A stretch of 64,000 nt of DNA, taken from Setoptus koraiensis (lineage: Eukaryota > Animalia > Arthropoda). Positions 47,603 through 58,900 of this stretch are shown here, one piece after another (within the stretch, counting starts at the first letter, position 1; every line of letters starts with the position of its first letter). The stretch lies in the NCBI GenBank assembly GCA_048013815.1, contig CM106585.1, forward strand, positions 12,834,001 through 12,898,000, read 5' to 3'. Below the pieces are notes generated by a model. The model was not told where the DNA came from, made no database searches, and saw only the letters and a program-made list of their open reading frames with translations. Both the position numbers and the translations under genes were made by a program.

Positions 47603-50600
47603 CAGCCATTTGATACGCCAACGGCCAATGGCAGCATGGCCGCCACAATGACATAACGGATAATTACTCAACGACGCAACTGGCTGCATTTGTTACGCTC
47701 ATCAACTCGACGGCTTGGCGACTCGACGACTCGACGGCTCGACGGCTCGACGACTCGGCGACTCGGCGACTCGACGACGACAGCGCAACCGATGCAAACG
47801 AGAACAAGTCGAGAAAGTGTCACTTTTGGCACTCGTCTCGTCTCCGTTTCTTCCCACACAAACTGCAACGAGCTGCCGAGAAATGTATTGCTGCCACTAT
47901 ATTTATCCATGCCGCGTTGTCAGTTTATTGTATAAATACACCGACGACTGACGACTGACGAATCACGACAAAACCGCGGCTAGACGCGGCCAGACGCGGC
48001 CAGACGCGGCCACACATGGGCGGCACACAGAATTTTATTTTGCAACAAGACGAAACAAAATGGAAACAAAACGCAACAACAAGACGCAACAAAACGATGC
48101 AACGAAATCTCGATACTCACAGGATTTGCGAGGTTCTCTCGCCACTCGTCGCAACACATTCGACGCGGCCCGCCCGCCCGCTTGTTATGTTAGAGATGAC
48201 CGCGCCAACGACACTCCCCTCGCGGCTCCTCTCCTCATGAGAGTCTCCTCATGAGAGTCTCCTCATGAGACTCTCAACATGAGACTCTCAACATGAGACT
48301 CCCATGGCTCTTTTCGTGGCTCCCTGCGCGGCTCCCGTCGCGGCTCCCTTCGTGGGGCCGCGCTCGAGCGGAGGGCTCGCCCCACAGTGCAGTTGCATCA
48401 TATCATGTCTTGCATCACACGGTGCCTGCACCATGTGCGTGCTATATGTGGCTGCTGTATTGCATAACTGGCGCACAAGACACTGGCAGCAATCATGGGT
48501 GAATTATGTAAATGAGGTGCGCGCTCCATGGAGCTAATAAGCGCCAATTGGTGAGCTAGCCCAGCGAGACCGAACACACCCAGACCCAACAAACAAACAG
48601 CAAGCAAACAAACGAGCGGCCGATATCATCGATCGATGACTCATCGCTGCCACTTATCAATTTGAGACAACGCGCGCGCGCCCCATTACATAACTCGCGT
48701 CAAATGGCTACACAAGCGAGGACACAAAAGAATGTTGTGACGCGCAAAAGTCAAAAGTCGTCACAATGCTGTCGCTCTACAGTGTCACTGTTGGCTGTTT
48801 ATGCTGTTGCGCTGGCTGTTCACGGTGCCACTGGTTGTGTAAGCGGCCAGTGTTTGCTCATTTCATTACTGCTAGTGCGCCCGTGGTCAATTGCACGGCG
48901 CGCCGTGGCGTCCACGTGCAAACAGCCGATAGCGCCGGATCGAATTCGCAGCCCCACGCATTACGTGCTCGGCCGAAGCCAATTCTAGGAAGCGGCGAAC
49001 GCTTGCAAGCGGCTCGTCGCGAACGCGGCTCCTTGCAGACGCGATTCGCGACGAACCCGACGGGCGAGAAGACGATAAAATGACATGCAAGAGCAGAGTC
49101 AATAATAGTAATAATAATAACAATAATGGATGGCGAGGGGCTCCACATTAATCACGCCATTACCATCATCTCGGCTGCCATTTGAGCCGTTGTAGCCGCT
49201 CTCGAAGGCACCCAAGAAGCCAATTTTGATGTTGCTTGCACGTGCAACTAGCCAATCGTGAGTGCGCCCCAAACAAAAGTAAAACACGAGCCAGTGAAAA
49301 ATGTTCAAAACACAATGGCCGCTGGCCGTAAACGATACACGGGTTACATGAGGGGGCCCGCAAACTGACTTATCTCATCATCGTCATCGTGCTTGATACA
49401 ATTGGGGCACCACCGCACCGCTGCACCGCTCTCGCGCCGCCCCTGCATCTTGCACCGTCGGCTGCGCATCTTGCACCGTCGGCTGTGCATCTTGCGTCGT
49501 GTGGCTGTACCGTTGGCGGCGCACGCTTGCTAGTCGATGCAGAAACGAGTTTAGCTGACTCATAGGTGCAGCAGCGCCTATGAGGCAACTATGACGCAAC
49601 GCCTGTCATTCAAATCAAAAATCGCTCATTGGCGCTGCGCGCGTCCGCCGGCGAGCGATTTGGCCCGTCGTTGCCTTTTGTTGCTCGTCGTTGCTCGTCG
49701 TTGCTCGTCGTTGCTCGTCGTTGCTTGTCGTTGCTCGTGGGACCCGGCCCACGGCGACCGACAACGAACAACAACAACGAACAACAACAACGACGGGCAA
49801 CAACGACGGGCAACAACGACGGGCAACAACAGACGAGCGGCCGAGAGTTTTCGCAGGGGACAGCGCGACTTGGGTCGGCGCTCACCATTAAGAGAATCCG
49901 AATGGAATTCGCAGATTCTCAAAAACAAACTCACTCGCAAATCGGGCGAATGCGACGGCCACAACGGGCGCGCTAATGACACTGCCAATAGCGGCGCCCC
50001 ACACGCCAACGTATCAGCGGGTTAAATCTCGCCTATTGGGCTTGTTGGGCGCCTGCCGAAATGTGTGCCATTGGACCTGGCGAGTGACGGTTGCTTTCTT
50101 GAAAGAACTCTTGTCGTTATTATTATCATAAATTAGAATCTGTGCGCCAACGCCGGCGCACATCATTATCTTTCGCTTGCGCGCTCCATTTATCCCGCAG
50201 TCAACACACTCACTGACGCTCTAACTTAGAGACTCTAAGTAAACAAGCGCGGATATTTATATCCGCGCTCTCATATATTTATATATCCGCGCTTTTTGTA
50301 CTTTTTGCTGCAGCTTTCCAGCTCGCCAGCGAGGGCCCGCGTCTTGCCGAGTGAAAGCTGTTGTCTGTCTGGTTTGTTGTGTTTGCTGACTGGCTGACGC
50401 GGATTACCATTACATGTAGTCCGGCCGGCAATTTTTGCTGTGTATGTGTGCCAGCGATCGGCTGCACTCGGATATACGGCTAATGGCGGCTACTGGCGGC
50501 TACTCGCAGCTACTGGCAGCTACTGGGGGCGCCCCAGAGGCCGCTGCTGTGCGGTGCTAAACAAACACGCCGGGGATAAAAGCTGTTGGCTGCTTTTTAA

Positions 50601-53600
50601 GAGCAAAGTTTTTAGTTTTACAAACGGGGCTGTTTGCAAAGTGGAGCTGCCCGTGTTTGCTCACCGGCCGCCAAAAACTGACCAGTGTCAACTGTTATAC
50701 ACTATACAGCAGCACATGTAGGGCCGACCATTGTATTGTTGTCGGCCGGGGAGATGTTGCACTGAAAATTAATTATGCCCGCTCGCATGAACATGCGCTG
50801 GACACGCGATGACCGTCAACGGCAACGACAACAACAACAGCGACAGCGACAACAGCGACAACAACATTGCCACCATGCCCCATCATGCCTGACCGTGGTG
50901 AGGTTCCGCTGGGCGACACCAGCGTCTCCGTTTAGCAGTGGCAACAACAGTTTTGCAAACAAGTTTTTGTTTGTATGTTTTGCGGGGCTGCTGCTGCTGC
51001 ACTTGGTCGCTGTTGTTGCACTTGGTGGTTGTTGTTGCATTTCGGCGTCGTCGTTGTTGCATTGGCAGCGCGTTCGGATGTGCCAATGAGCGACACAAAT
51101 CTTGCGGCCTTCGGGCGGCCTTCGAACGCGCTCCCAAATGCACCAAAACTCCGCTTCGGACGGAATCAATTGGAACAACCAAAACAACATTTTCGGTTGG
51201 CTGTTGGTTCCATCATTAGCACCGCCAGTCTAATTGTGAGTTAACACGCAATTTACGCGCAAACGCCATGGCGAAAAGAATTGTTGCTTTGGCGGCTGTA
51301 CCGAGAGAATTGAGAATAGAGTTGGCGATTGTTTGGGCGATTCTGTCGCCAGCGCTGGCAAGTTGCAGCGATCGCAAAGCAAACCAATAGTTTGTTTGTC
51401 GCTGCAGTTGGCACCAGCAACAGCAACGGCCACAAACAAACAAACTCGACAAAGAATAGTGCCTCTTCATTGTCACAAATTGGCTTCCCTTTCTCTCTGG
51501 CCGGTGTGTGTGTGCACTTGACTGGCTACCTCGCTCTTTTTGCTGCCAAGTCTGTGGCTGCTGCTGCCGCTGCTGACCAAACAACAAATATTATGATTAT
51601 TATTACATAACAGCAACAACAACAACAACAACAAATCAATGTTGCTGCATGTTGTGTGAGAGAATTGTCATCGCCGCCAAAGTTGTGTTGTCCGCCAAAC
51701 ACAACAACACATGTTAACGTCAACAATTCACACCGAGGGAGAAAGAAATCCTTTGTTATTATTCAATAGTCACTGGGCCGATTGACAACAATCGCCGCAT
51801 GTCCGAACGTGAGAGATTTCACTCCAACAGCCGACAGCCAACAGCCAACAGCCGACAACCGAGAGCCGACAAACGCCAGCCAACAGCCAACAACCAACAA
51901 CCGACAGCCAACTATTGGCTGGTACGGCGGTGATAAAATTTATGGATTAGCATGATAATGCCAATCCAGGTGATAACAGCGCATAGCTCGGCGAGCAAGC
52001 CAACATTGTGCAATAGACAATTGTGCACATAATCAAATACACAATTGCGCAACACACACAACAAAGATTGACAATTGTTGCATAATCAACTGGAGCTACA
52101 ATTGTAATGAGAGTGGCACAAACAAGTGTATCAATGTGATTCTTTTTATAAATTCACCACTAGTCTGCACAATTATCATTATTGTTATTACCGTGTGGAC
52201 GGTATGTTTCTTGTTGTGTCTTGTGACTGCCGCCGCTATCATAGTGAACAGGGTGCGCTCATTATGCTAATTAGTAGAAGCAGGTATTTCAAGTTTAGAG
52301 CGCCCTCATTTGCTACGATGATTATATTGTTATTGTTCATTGCCACGATCGCCACCATCACCATCGTCGTCGTCGTCATCATCATTTACGTTGTGCTTGG
52401 CGACTACAACACTTGTTACAGTTGAGCACATAACAGCATGAACAACTGAACTGGCCAATCAAGCCAAACACATAAACTTGGACAATAATAAACTTGCGTA
52501 ACTCGACAACAACAACAGCAGCAACAACAGCAACAACAACAAGTGGGTGCAGCGTCGCTGGACATGGACAGATATAGCCAGACAAAGTTGAGGGCGCTAA
52601 CACGACGACCGAGACCTCTCGAGCTGAGCTGTGAGTCGGCAATGTGCGCTGGTCTCGCCAGCTCACTATTGATCGTTTGCTATTTAGCTAATTGTTTTAA
52701 TTATAGGCTTCATCGGGCAACAGCTCGCAAGACAGACACTAAGGCGGCCAACTCATTACTTATTAGCATAAACGACGAAGAGACAATCAACAAGTGGCGC
52801 AATTCACTCAATTCGAGCATGTGTTGCCCATGCCGATGATATCATTACATAAGTGCAATAATCAAGCCATTATCTTAATGGGCAACATTGCATTGTTTTC
52901 AAATACAATAATAGTAATAATAATACACAACTTACCTTTGGCTAGAGATGAACTGGCGGCCCCTTGAGTCAGGGCTATCAGGCTTCTTATGGTGAGCGCA
53001 CCGACAATTAGTAATATTATAACAATCATTAGACGATAGAGATATTTAACTTGAGTGTAATAATTGAATAGATGCTGGCATTTAATTGATTTCAATGAAA
53101 ATAGCACATTGTGTGGCGTGGCTCTATGATTTGGTAAACGCGGATGAGTATTTAAGTGATGCTGCTGATGATTTAATGATTTTCTCAAATTATTAGCAAC
53201 TAGTGAATGCTGTTTGCTAGTTTTGTTGTTATTTTGCAAAGACAATCTCTGATGATGATCAACAATATTTTGCGAGGCATTAGTGGTTTGAGTGGTGAGC
53301 GAGTCAGCCGTTGGAGTAGTTGTACTTGACGCCGTAGCCGATGGACTTGGCAATGAAGTTTGCTGTGACTGCTGCTGCTGTTGGTGGTGGTTGTTGTTGT
53401 TGTTGTAGTAGTTGTAGTTGTTGTTTGTGTTGCTGTTGGTGGGAATAATGGGATTGATCTGGTCGTAGATATGATAAATAGATGAGGTGGCCGATGAGGA
53501 ACATTGTTGTTGTTGTTGCTGTTGCTGCTGGAGGTTGAACATTTGATGTTGCAAATATTGAAATTGATATTGATTTTGTTGCTGGTTTTGTTGCTGATGA

Positions 53601-54109
53601 TGCTGATTAGTTAGGTGATTGAGGAGTTTACTATTGAGCGTCGGATAATTTAATGGCACGCCAGAAGATGGGAGCGAGGGCGCTTGGGCGTGAATCTGAC
53701 TTGGACTAATCAGAGTGGTGATAACGGGCGGCGAGTGACTGTCCGACAATGAGGGTATTATGGGCTGATAGGGATTGTTGGCCTGAGACGACGAGGCTAT
53801 GGAGCCGCTGTAATAGCCGCCACTGGGTTGTTGCTGTTGTGGTTGTTGTTGCAAAGTGTAAATATATTGCTGCTGTTGCTGCTGGTTGTTGTTATTGTGG
53901 TGATGATTGTAAGATAAATTATTTTGAGTAATCATGTCACATTGTTGCTGATAGGATGGAAAATAGGGATGAGATGTGGCCACCATGGGCTGCACCAGGG
54001 GCCCAATTAGCGAGCTAGTGTGAAGTTGCTGCTGCTGATTGGTTGCCTTATTTGGGGTCTGGTCGGCGCCGCTAGAGGGCCTCGTCGTTTTCCTCGTGAA
54101 CAGGCTCAT
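23792..54109 (-). CDS. Large multi-exon type II membrane protein: TM-SEA-TSP1-Cys-rich-LDLa (about 896 aa; 934 aa with an optional exon)
   Basis: Phase-compatible GT-AG exons are 54109-52936 (end phase 1), 42732-42637 (1-1), 42411-42311 (1-0), 42134-42067 (0-2), 41433-41261 (2-1), optional 28119-28006 (1-1), 25229-24387 (1-1), 24150-24031 (1-1) and 23907-23792. Without the optional exon they total 2691 nt, or 897 codons with no internal stop. Joining across the 10 and 16 kb introns is inferred. Confidence 0.75.
24387..25229 (-). CDS. Exon with a thrombospondin type-1 repeat and Ser/Thr/Pro/Asn-rich spacers
   Basis: WSEWSPWSSCLDKNGFCDSTRTHSRIRTC carries the WxxWxxW, C and RxRxC signature. Acceptor TGTGTAG at 25230, donor G|GTAAGC at 24386. 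Confidence 0.88.
26458..26498. repeat. Perfect 17-bp inverted repeat with a 7-nt loop
   Basis: GCGCCAGCAGGATTAGC-cttagcc-GCTAATCCTGCTGGCGC. Confidence 0.9.
28006..28119 (-). CDS. Candidate symmetric (phase 1-1) mucin-like cassette exon of the SEA/TSP1/LDLa gene
   Basis: 114 nt with acceptor CTGATCATCAG (GCTGAC branch-like motif upstream) and donor A|GTGAGT. It reads DDADIAKINERQNPNAQLSGHCTSNTNTTNATNGTVT, with several N-x-T sequons. Confidence 0.45.
30821..30950. repeat. Compound minisatellite: 10-mer x9 followed by 15-mer x2.5
   Basis: AACGC(A/C)ATCG-type units at 30821-30910, then AACGCACCAAAAGCG units. Confidence 0.9.
31481..31573. repeat. CAA/CAG trinucleotide-rich tract
   Basis: Mixed (ACA GCA)n / (CAA)n run. 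It produces the spurious poly-C, poly-L and poly-AV ORFs in the track. Confidence 0.9.
35041..35120. repeat. 10-bp tandem repeat, 8 degenerate copies
   Basis: ATGAGCCACA-type units in exact 10-nt register. Confidence 0.92.
41261..42732 (-). CDS. Four small exons encoding a linker and a SEA domain
   Basis: Spliced sequence ...DQLPLRSKLVIGEFVIISQNYSISMSSARSPLAESIVKL|LDQVFRGNDMRRFYGRSEVTSIT|RALPVGILVSFRVLLSESIVYAAPQIGMAFEESLRESGARLAGVPTLLVDIKSMKLN. It follows the SEA pattern (strand, Y, helix LDQVF, Y..SEV.S, G.LV.F.V, helix, L.VD). All four donors are GT(A/G)AGT. Confidence 0.8.
42812..42877. repeat. 19-bp tandem repeat, about 3.5 copies
   Basis: (AGTGTTTTGGGTATCGCCG)3 plus a partial copy. 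Confidence 0.93.
46789..46854. repeat. 12-bp tandem repeat, 5.5 copies
   Basis: (CCAGTTCAGCGG)5 plus CCAGTT. Confidence 0.95.
47561..47600. repeat. (TG)20 microsatellite
   Basis: Perfect 40-nt TG run. Confidence 0.97.
52936..54109 (-). CDS. First coding exon: Gln/Asn/His-rich cytoplasmic region and signal-anchor TM helix
   Basis: ATG in a GCCATG context at 54109 and no N-terminal signal peptide. There is a single hydrophobic helix YLYRLMIVIILLIVGALTIRSLIAL near the exon end, then a G|GTAAGT donor at 52935 (phase 1). An acceptor at 54149 implies a further 5' UTR intron. Confidence 0.8.
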
Positions 54110-54925
54110 GGCTGGCCCAATTGTGTGTGTGTATGTGTGTTATAAATACTTTTGAGAGTGTAGAAATATATTCTCAAATTCTCGAATTGTGTAAATATAA
54201 TTGATGTACAGATTGATGTATCGATCGATATATTGATTGATGCCTGATGTTAGCTAATTATTTGGGATCACAGTTGGGCGATGCGAACGGTTGCTGCGCT
54301 CATCTTGCTGCTTGCTGTTGTTGTGATTCGCTGCTGTTATGCAAACTTGTGGCCAAATAAATAATTGAACTGGTCAGCTGATTGGCTAATTAATCGATTG
54401 ATTGATTGACGCCGATAGATAATTTTGGATTTTTGATTAATTTGATTTGATCGGTTGTTTGTTTGCTGTTGTTGCTGTTGTTGTTGTTGTTGTTTGTGGT
54501 GCAAACGGCGACACGTCCTGCCCATACGAGATACACAATTGAACTGGCATGCGTTTTACCCTTGCTCAGCTTTGCGCCACTAATTCAAGGCGTGCGCATG
54601 CTCACAACTCAAATTGGTTTTGGGGGGGAGCGCGCTCAACTGGGCGCTCTAGTTCGAGCCCTACGGAACTAATTGGCGCGCATGCGCCGGCCGCTCCAGC
54701 GAACTGCAGCCAGATGTTGCTGTTGGGCGACGATCGATGTTCGGTATGAATATCGACCAACTTGTGAACTTCACAATGCGAATCGCACAGTGTGAATCTC
54801 ACAGTGTGAATCTCACAGTGTGAAAGCGAGCACCAACCGTCACCGGGATCCGAGCGTGAATGCGAACGAGGATCCGAACGAGAATTCGAGTGTCGACGTC
54901 CATACGACAATGCGAGCACGACAGT

Positions 54926-55049
54926 GTGAATACGACTCTGTGAATAGTGACAATGTGAATACGACTCTGTGAATAGTGACAGTGTGAATACGACTCTGTG
55001 AATAGTGACAATGCGAATACGACTCTGTGAATAGTGACAACGTGAATAG
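54926..55049. repeat. 29-bp higher-order tandem repeat, about 4.3 copies
   Basis: The unit GTGAATACGACTCTGTGAATAGTGACAAT is built from two GTGAATA-initiated half-units. Confidence 0.92.
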
Positions 55050-55887
55050 GACGCCGTGAATAGTGACAGGGTGAGCGCAGGCGTTCGCGAATCGCCATGG
55101 CGGCCGGTGGCAGTTGCAAGAATTTGCGCGCGCCATCTAGCGTGGATTCGCAACACCACTCTGGGGCCGTTGCAACTGCATTATTTTCGCCTCCAATGAC
55201 TATGACTGCTTGTGCAGTCGCAGTGCCATTCAGGGTATAATATGGTGATAGTATGGTGATGGTGTCGTGATGGTATTGTGATAGTGTTGTGATGGGACTG
55301 AAATGACAACGATAACAATAATTTATCGTTAGCAGTTGTACACTGTAATATGTCGCCGTTGTTGCACGTAAGCGAATTTATTTTTACGAAATTATAAAAC
55401 TGGAGCGCACCAACAACGACACCGACGCCAACAAAGCCAAGTGCCTGGTTACGCGCTGGGTGCAAGGCAAATACGCAAATGCGCAAATGCCCGAACGCCC
55501 GAATGCGGCCCATCGGTGCGCGCTGGTTGTTGGTTGGTTCGGTTGCGGAGGCCCCGATCGCAAGGGGTCGGTGGCGATCAAAAGAAGAAGAAGAAGTTTG
55601 AGAGAGCCACTGAGAGAGCTCACCTTTGGGTTCGTTGTTCGCTTGTGCGCCGTCCATTCTATTCTTATTTTAATTCTCTCAACAATGAGCGTTGGCCGGC
55701 TTGCGACGGGCACCGGCATTGTGATTGGCGTTGGCATTCGCAGAATATCGGGCCAGCGGCAGCAGCATCATTTGTTTGGCATTTGTTGTTGCTGTTGTTG
55801 TCGTCGTCGTCGTTATAATAACAAGAGTGACACTAACAACAAAAGCCGCTGATCTGATTTCGCCCGGCCCATGCTGCCCCGCTCCGA

Positions 55888-55959
55888 CCGTCGACTGCCG
55901 ACTGCTTACCGTCGACTGCCGACTGCTTACCGTCGACTGCCGACTGCTTACCGTCGACT
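55888..55959. repeat. 21-bp tandem repeat, 3.4 copies
   Basis: (CCGTCGACTGCCGACTGCTTA)3 plus a partial copy. Confidence 0.95.
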
Positions 55960-58900
55960 ATCGACTGTCCGCCAAACTGCGTGCCCGACATAAATGCAAA
56001 TAATGCCCGCTACATGTTTGCTCAGGTTGGCCATTCTGGCCGCTGCTGATGGTCCGCGGCCGGCCCGAGCCATCGTTTGTGTCATCGTGAGTGTCACGAC
56101 GGTCACCACTGGGTAGACGGGACCCTCAGCAGCGTGCACATTGTACAACTGTTAGCAGTGTGGGGCAGCATGGGCCAATAAGTGAGGACCGACCGAGGAA
56201 AAAACCCGAGCGACTCCGTGCGCGTTCTCTCAGTTATCGCGGTTCTCGTAGCGCCGGCAGCTCTGGCAGTTGTCGCCGCGTTGTCACGACGATTAAAGGT
56301 ATATGCAAATAAGGGAACGTTCCATCGCGGCGGCGGCGGCAGCAGGTTTAGCGGTCATTCTTTATGGCGGCGCTGGCATCGGGCCCCGTCTCAGTTGTGC
56401 TGACGGAATAATTCCTTCGCTCGGGCCGCTGCGGCCGCTCGCACGTGCGCCTCACCTGAGCCGGCGCGCCGGACAGCACAAGCGGACAACAGTGTGACAT
56501 TGTGCAATGTTGTCCGCTTGTCGATGGCGCAACGTGCCCGCTGTAAACGAACGAATGTCGTCTCATCTCAGACTCTGAGAGGGCCGATTGTTTGGCTGGC
56601 CGGCGTTGCTGTCGTTGTTCGTGGCCGCTCGTTTGTGATTGCGCTGACGGGGTGTGCGTTTAATCTCGCAAGCTCCACTCGGCTTCCAAAATGCGCCCAG
56701 GTGAATGGTGGCCAGAATGGCCGGTTAGTGGTGCACTGGTCGAGTGGACGTGATTGTGATGCTGGCCGCTGATGGCAACTTGACCTTTGCGCTCGTTAGT
56801 GTTGAAAGCTAATGTTTGTTGATTCTCGTCGACGAGCACTTGTTCTCTGCTCGGCCGAACGTTCGCCGGGTCGCTCGGACGGCCGAGTCGCTCGAGCCGT
56901 GCATCCGAATTGCAGGCGAGCGTCCGAATCGCATCCAATCGAAGCCCAACGCGAACGAACGAGTCACTTGAGTCGGCTGAGTCGTGGCAGCGCCATTGGC
57001 TTCGCTTGTCGCGGCCACTGAGAGCGAAATAAAATCGCCGCTCGCTGCCGGCCGATGCCAGCTGAATGATATAATAATGATAATAAAAACTATTAGTCAT
57101 CATCTAATTTAATGCTCGATCTGTTTCGACGCTCTGCCCGCTTCGATTGGATGCGTGGATATGCGAGTGGCCGGCTCACAGGCCGGCGATCGGATAAGAC
57201 GAGAAGTACGAGAAGTACGAGAAGTGTGTTTACTTTTGGTGACTGGCGCTGCACTCAGAGGGGCAGCATTTTGTAGTTTCGGATCTAATTGACCGACTCT
57301 CACACTGTTGGCATACGAGAAACAAACACTGGCTCGCATCGACGACACACCAGCGACGCTTGAGACGACGACGGCCGCAGAGATGTTATCATGAGATAAT
57401 GATGAAGCATCATCATCACTTTTACCAGCGCCAGCTCACCTGTGCTCACCTGAGCTCACCTGATACACGCTGCTCACAACGACTGCACACAACAACTGCA
57501 CACAACTGCCTGCAACAGCTCACAACAACTCACAACAACTTACAACAACCGCGATGGGCAGCCGAGATGCGAGCGTTTATGAGCCATATGAGAGACTTTA
57601 TGTTGAGAGATATTACACATCGTCTTATTTATGCAACACATACGTACAAATGCGTACGTATCAATGCTCGCCGCGGCTCGCAATCTCCGGCGGCTCGCAA
57701 TCTCGGGCGGCTCGCAATCAGCGGACGGCTCATAATCACGGGACGGCTCGCAACGAAGGCGATGACGGTCGCTCAGGTGATGCTCGCATAAACAAACAGC
57801 ACCAATAACAGGTTGTTGTTTCAGCGCCAGCTCGGTCTCACAATTGTCAGTTGGCTGCGACTGGCCGATCTCGACCACTCGGCCGCGCCGAGTGAGCCCG
57901 CACTGCGCCGCCGACCAGCGGTCATCGCGTCGCATCTTGCCCTTTAAACTGTGACCACTTGCCATGCAAATGGAGGCGCTCTCGCCGGTGGATCGCCCTC
58001 GATTGTGCGGCCATTTGCAGCATTGTGCGGCCCACTGGCCGCTGATTGGTAATAATACTCGCTAATTGGTGGCCACAATGATTAAGCAACACTCGTCATG
58101 TTGGCCGGCGAGCTTGTCGCGGCGGATATTGATATATTTCATCAGCAGCACGGGGTAGCTGCCGAGCTGTCACTCGTAACTTTGCACGCAATCGCGTCGG
58201 CCGCTCGATGGACGACAGCGGCCACAAGCACACCATGAGAGTTATATAACACACACACACACACACCATGAGAGTTACGTAACAAGCACACGACGACAGT
58301 TACGTAACACGCACAGAGGCTCAAGGTGAGGAGGGGCCAAACTGTGACTGTCGCCCAGCGCTGCTCAGCGACAGTTTGCGAAGCTAGCGCGACGGCCGAC
58401 AACAACGAGCACTCTAATTGACTGGCCACTGCAAAGTGTCCAGTCGGCTGCGTTTGCGAGGGCCATCAATTCTGGTCACGATCCGCTCAAAAGCGACACA
58501 CATAGACACTTTAGTTTACACTGATCAACATGAAATATTGCCCGGCCGCCCGGCCGAACCTGGCCACTTAGTGCTCGGGGCCCCCGGCGCGGGCCTCGGC
58601 GAGCCAGCGAGCCCGCGGACGCAACAAAAGCGGCAGCCCGCGGACGCGGCAACAGCGCCGAGCGCGCCATTAAACCGGAACAACAGCGCGGCGCAACAAC
58701 AACAACGGGCAACCAGCCAACAAAATGAAGCCCGAAATGAAATTGCCGGCTGCCAATCGAGCCGGCGCCGGGCCCGCGCCGGCCAATGAGTGACAACGGA
58801 TCGACGACAGAAAGGGAGCCTGACAAACGACCGCGACGCGTGTACGTCGGTCGGCGGCGGCGCCAAGACGGAACACGTAAACAGCATTAGCCGGCTGCTG

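Noticed and set aside
56660-57103. 147-aa minus-strand ORF upstream of the SEA gene
   Set aside because: No domain, signal peptide or compatible splice junction, and it lies in stop-poor GC-rich DNA.
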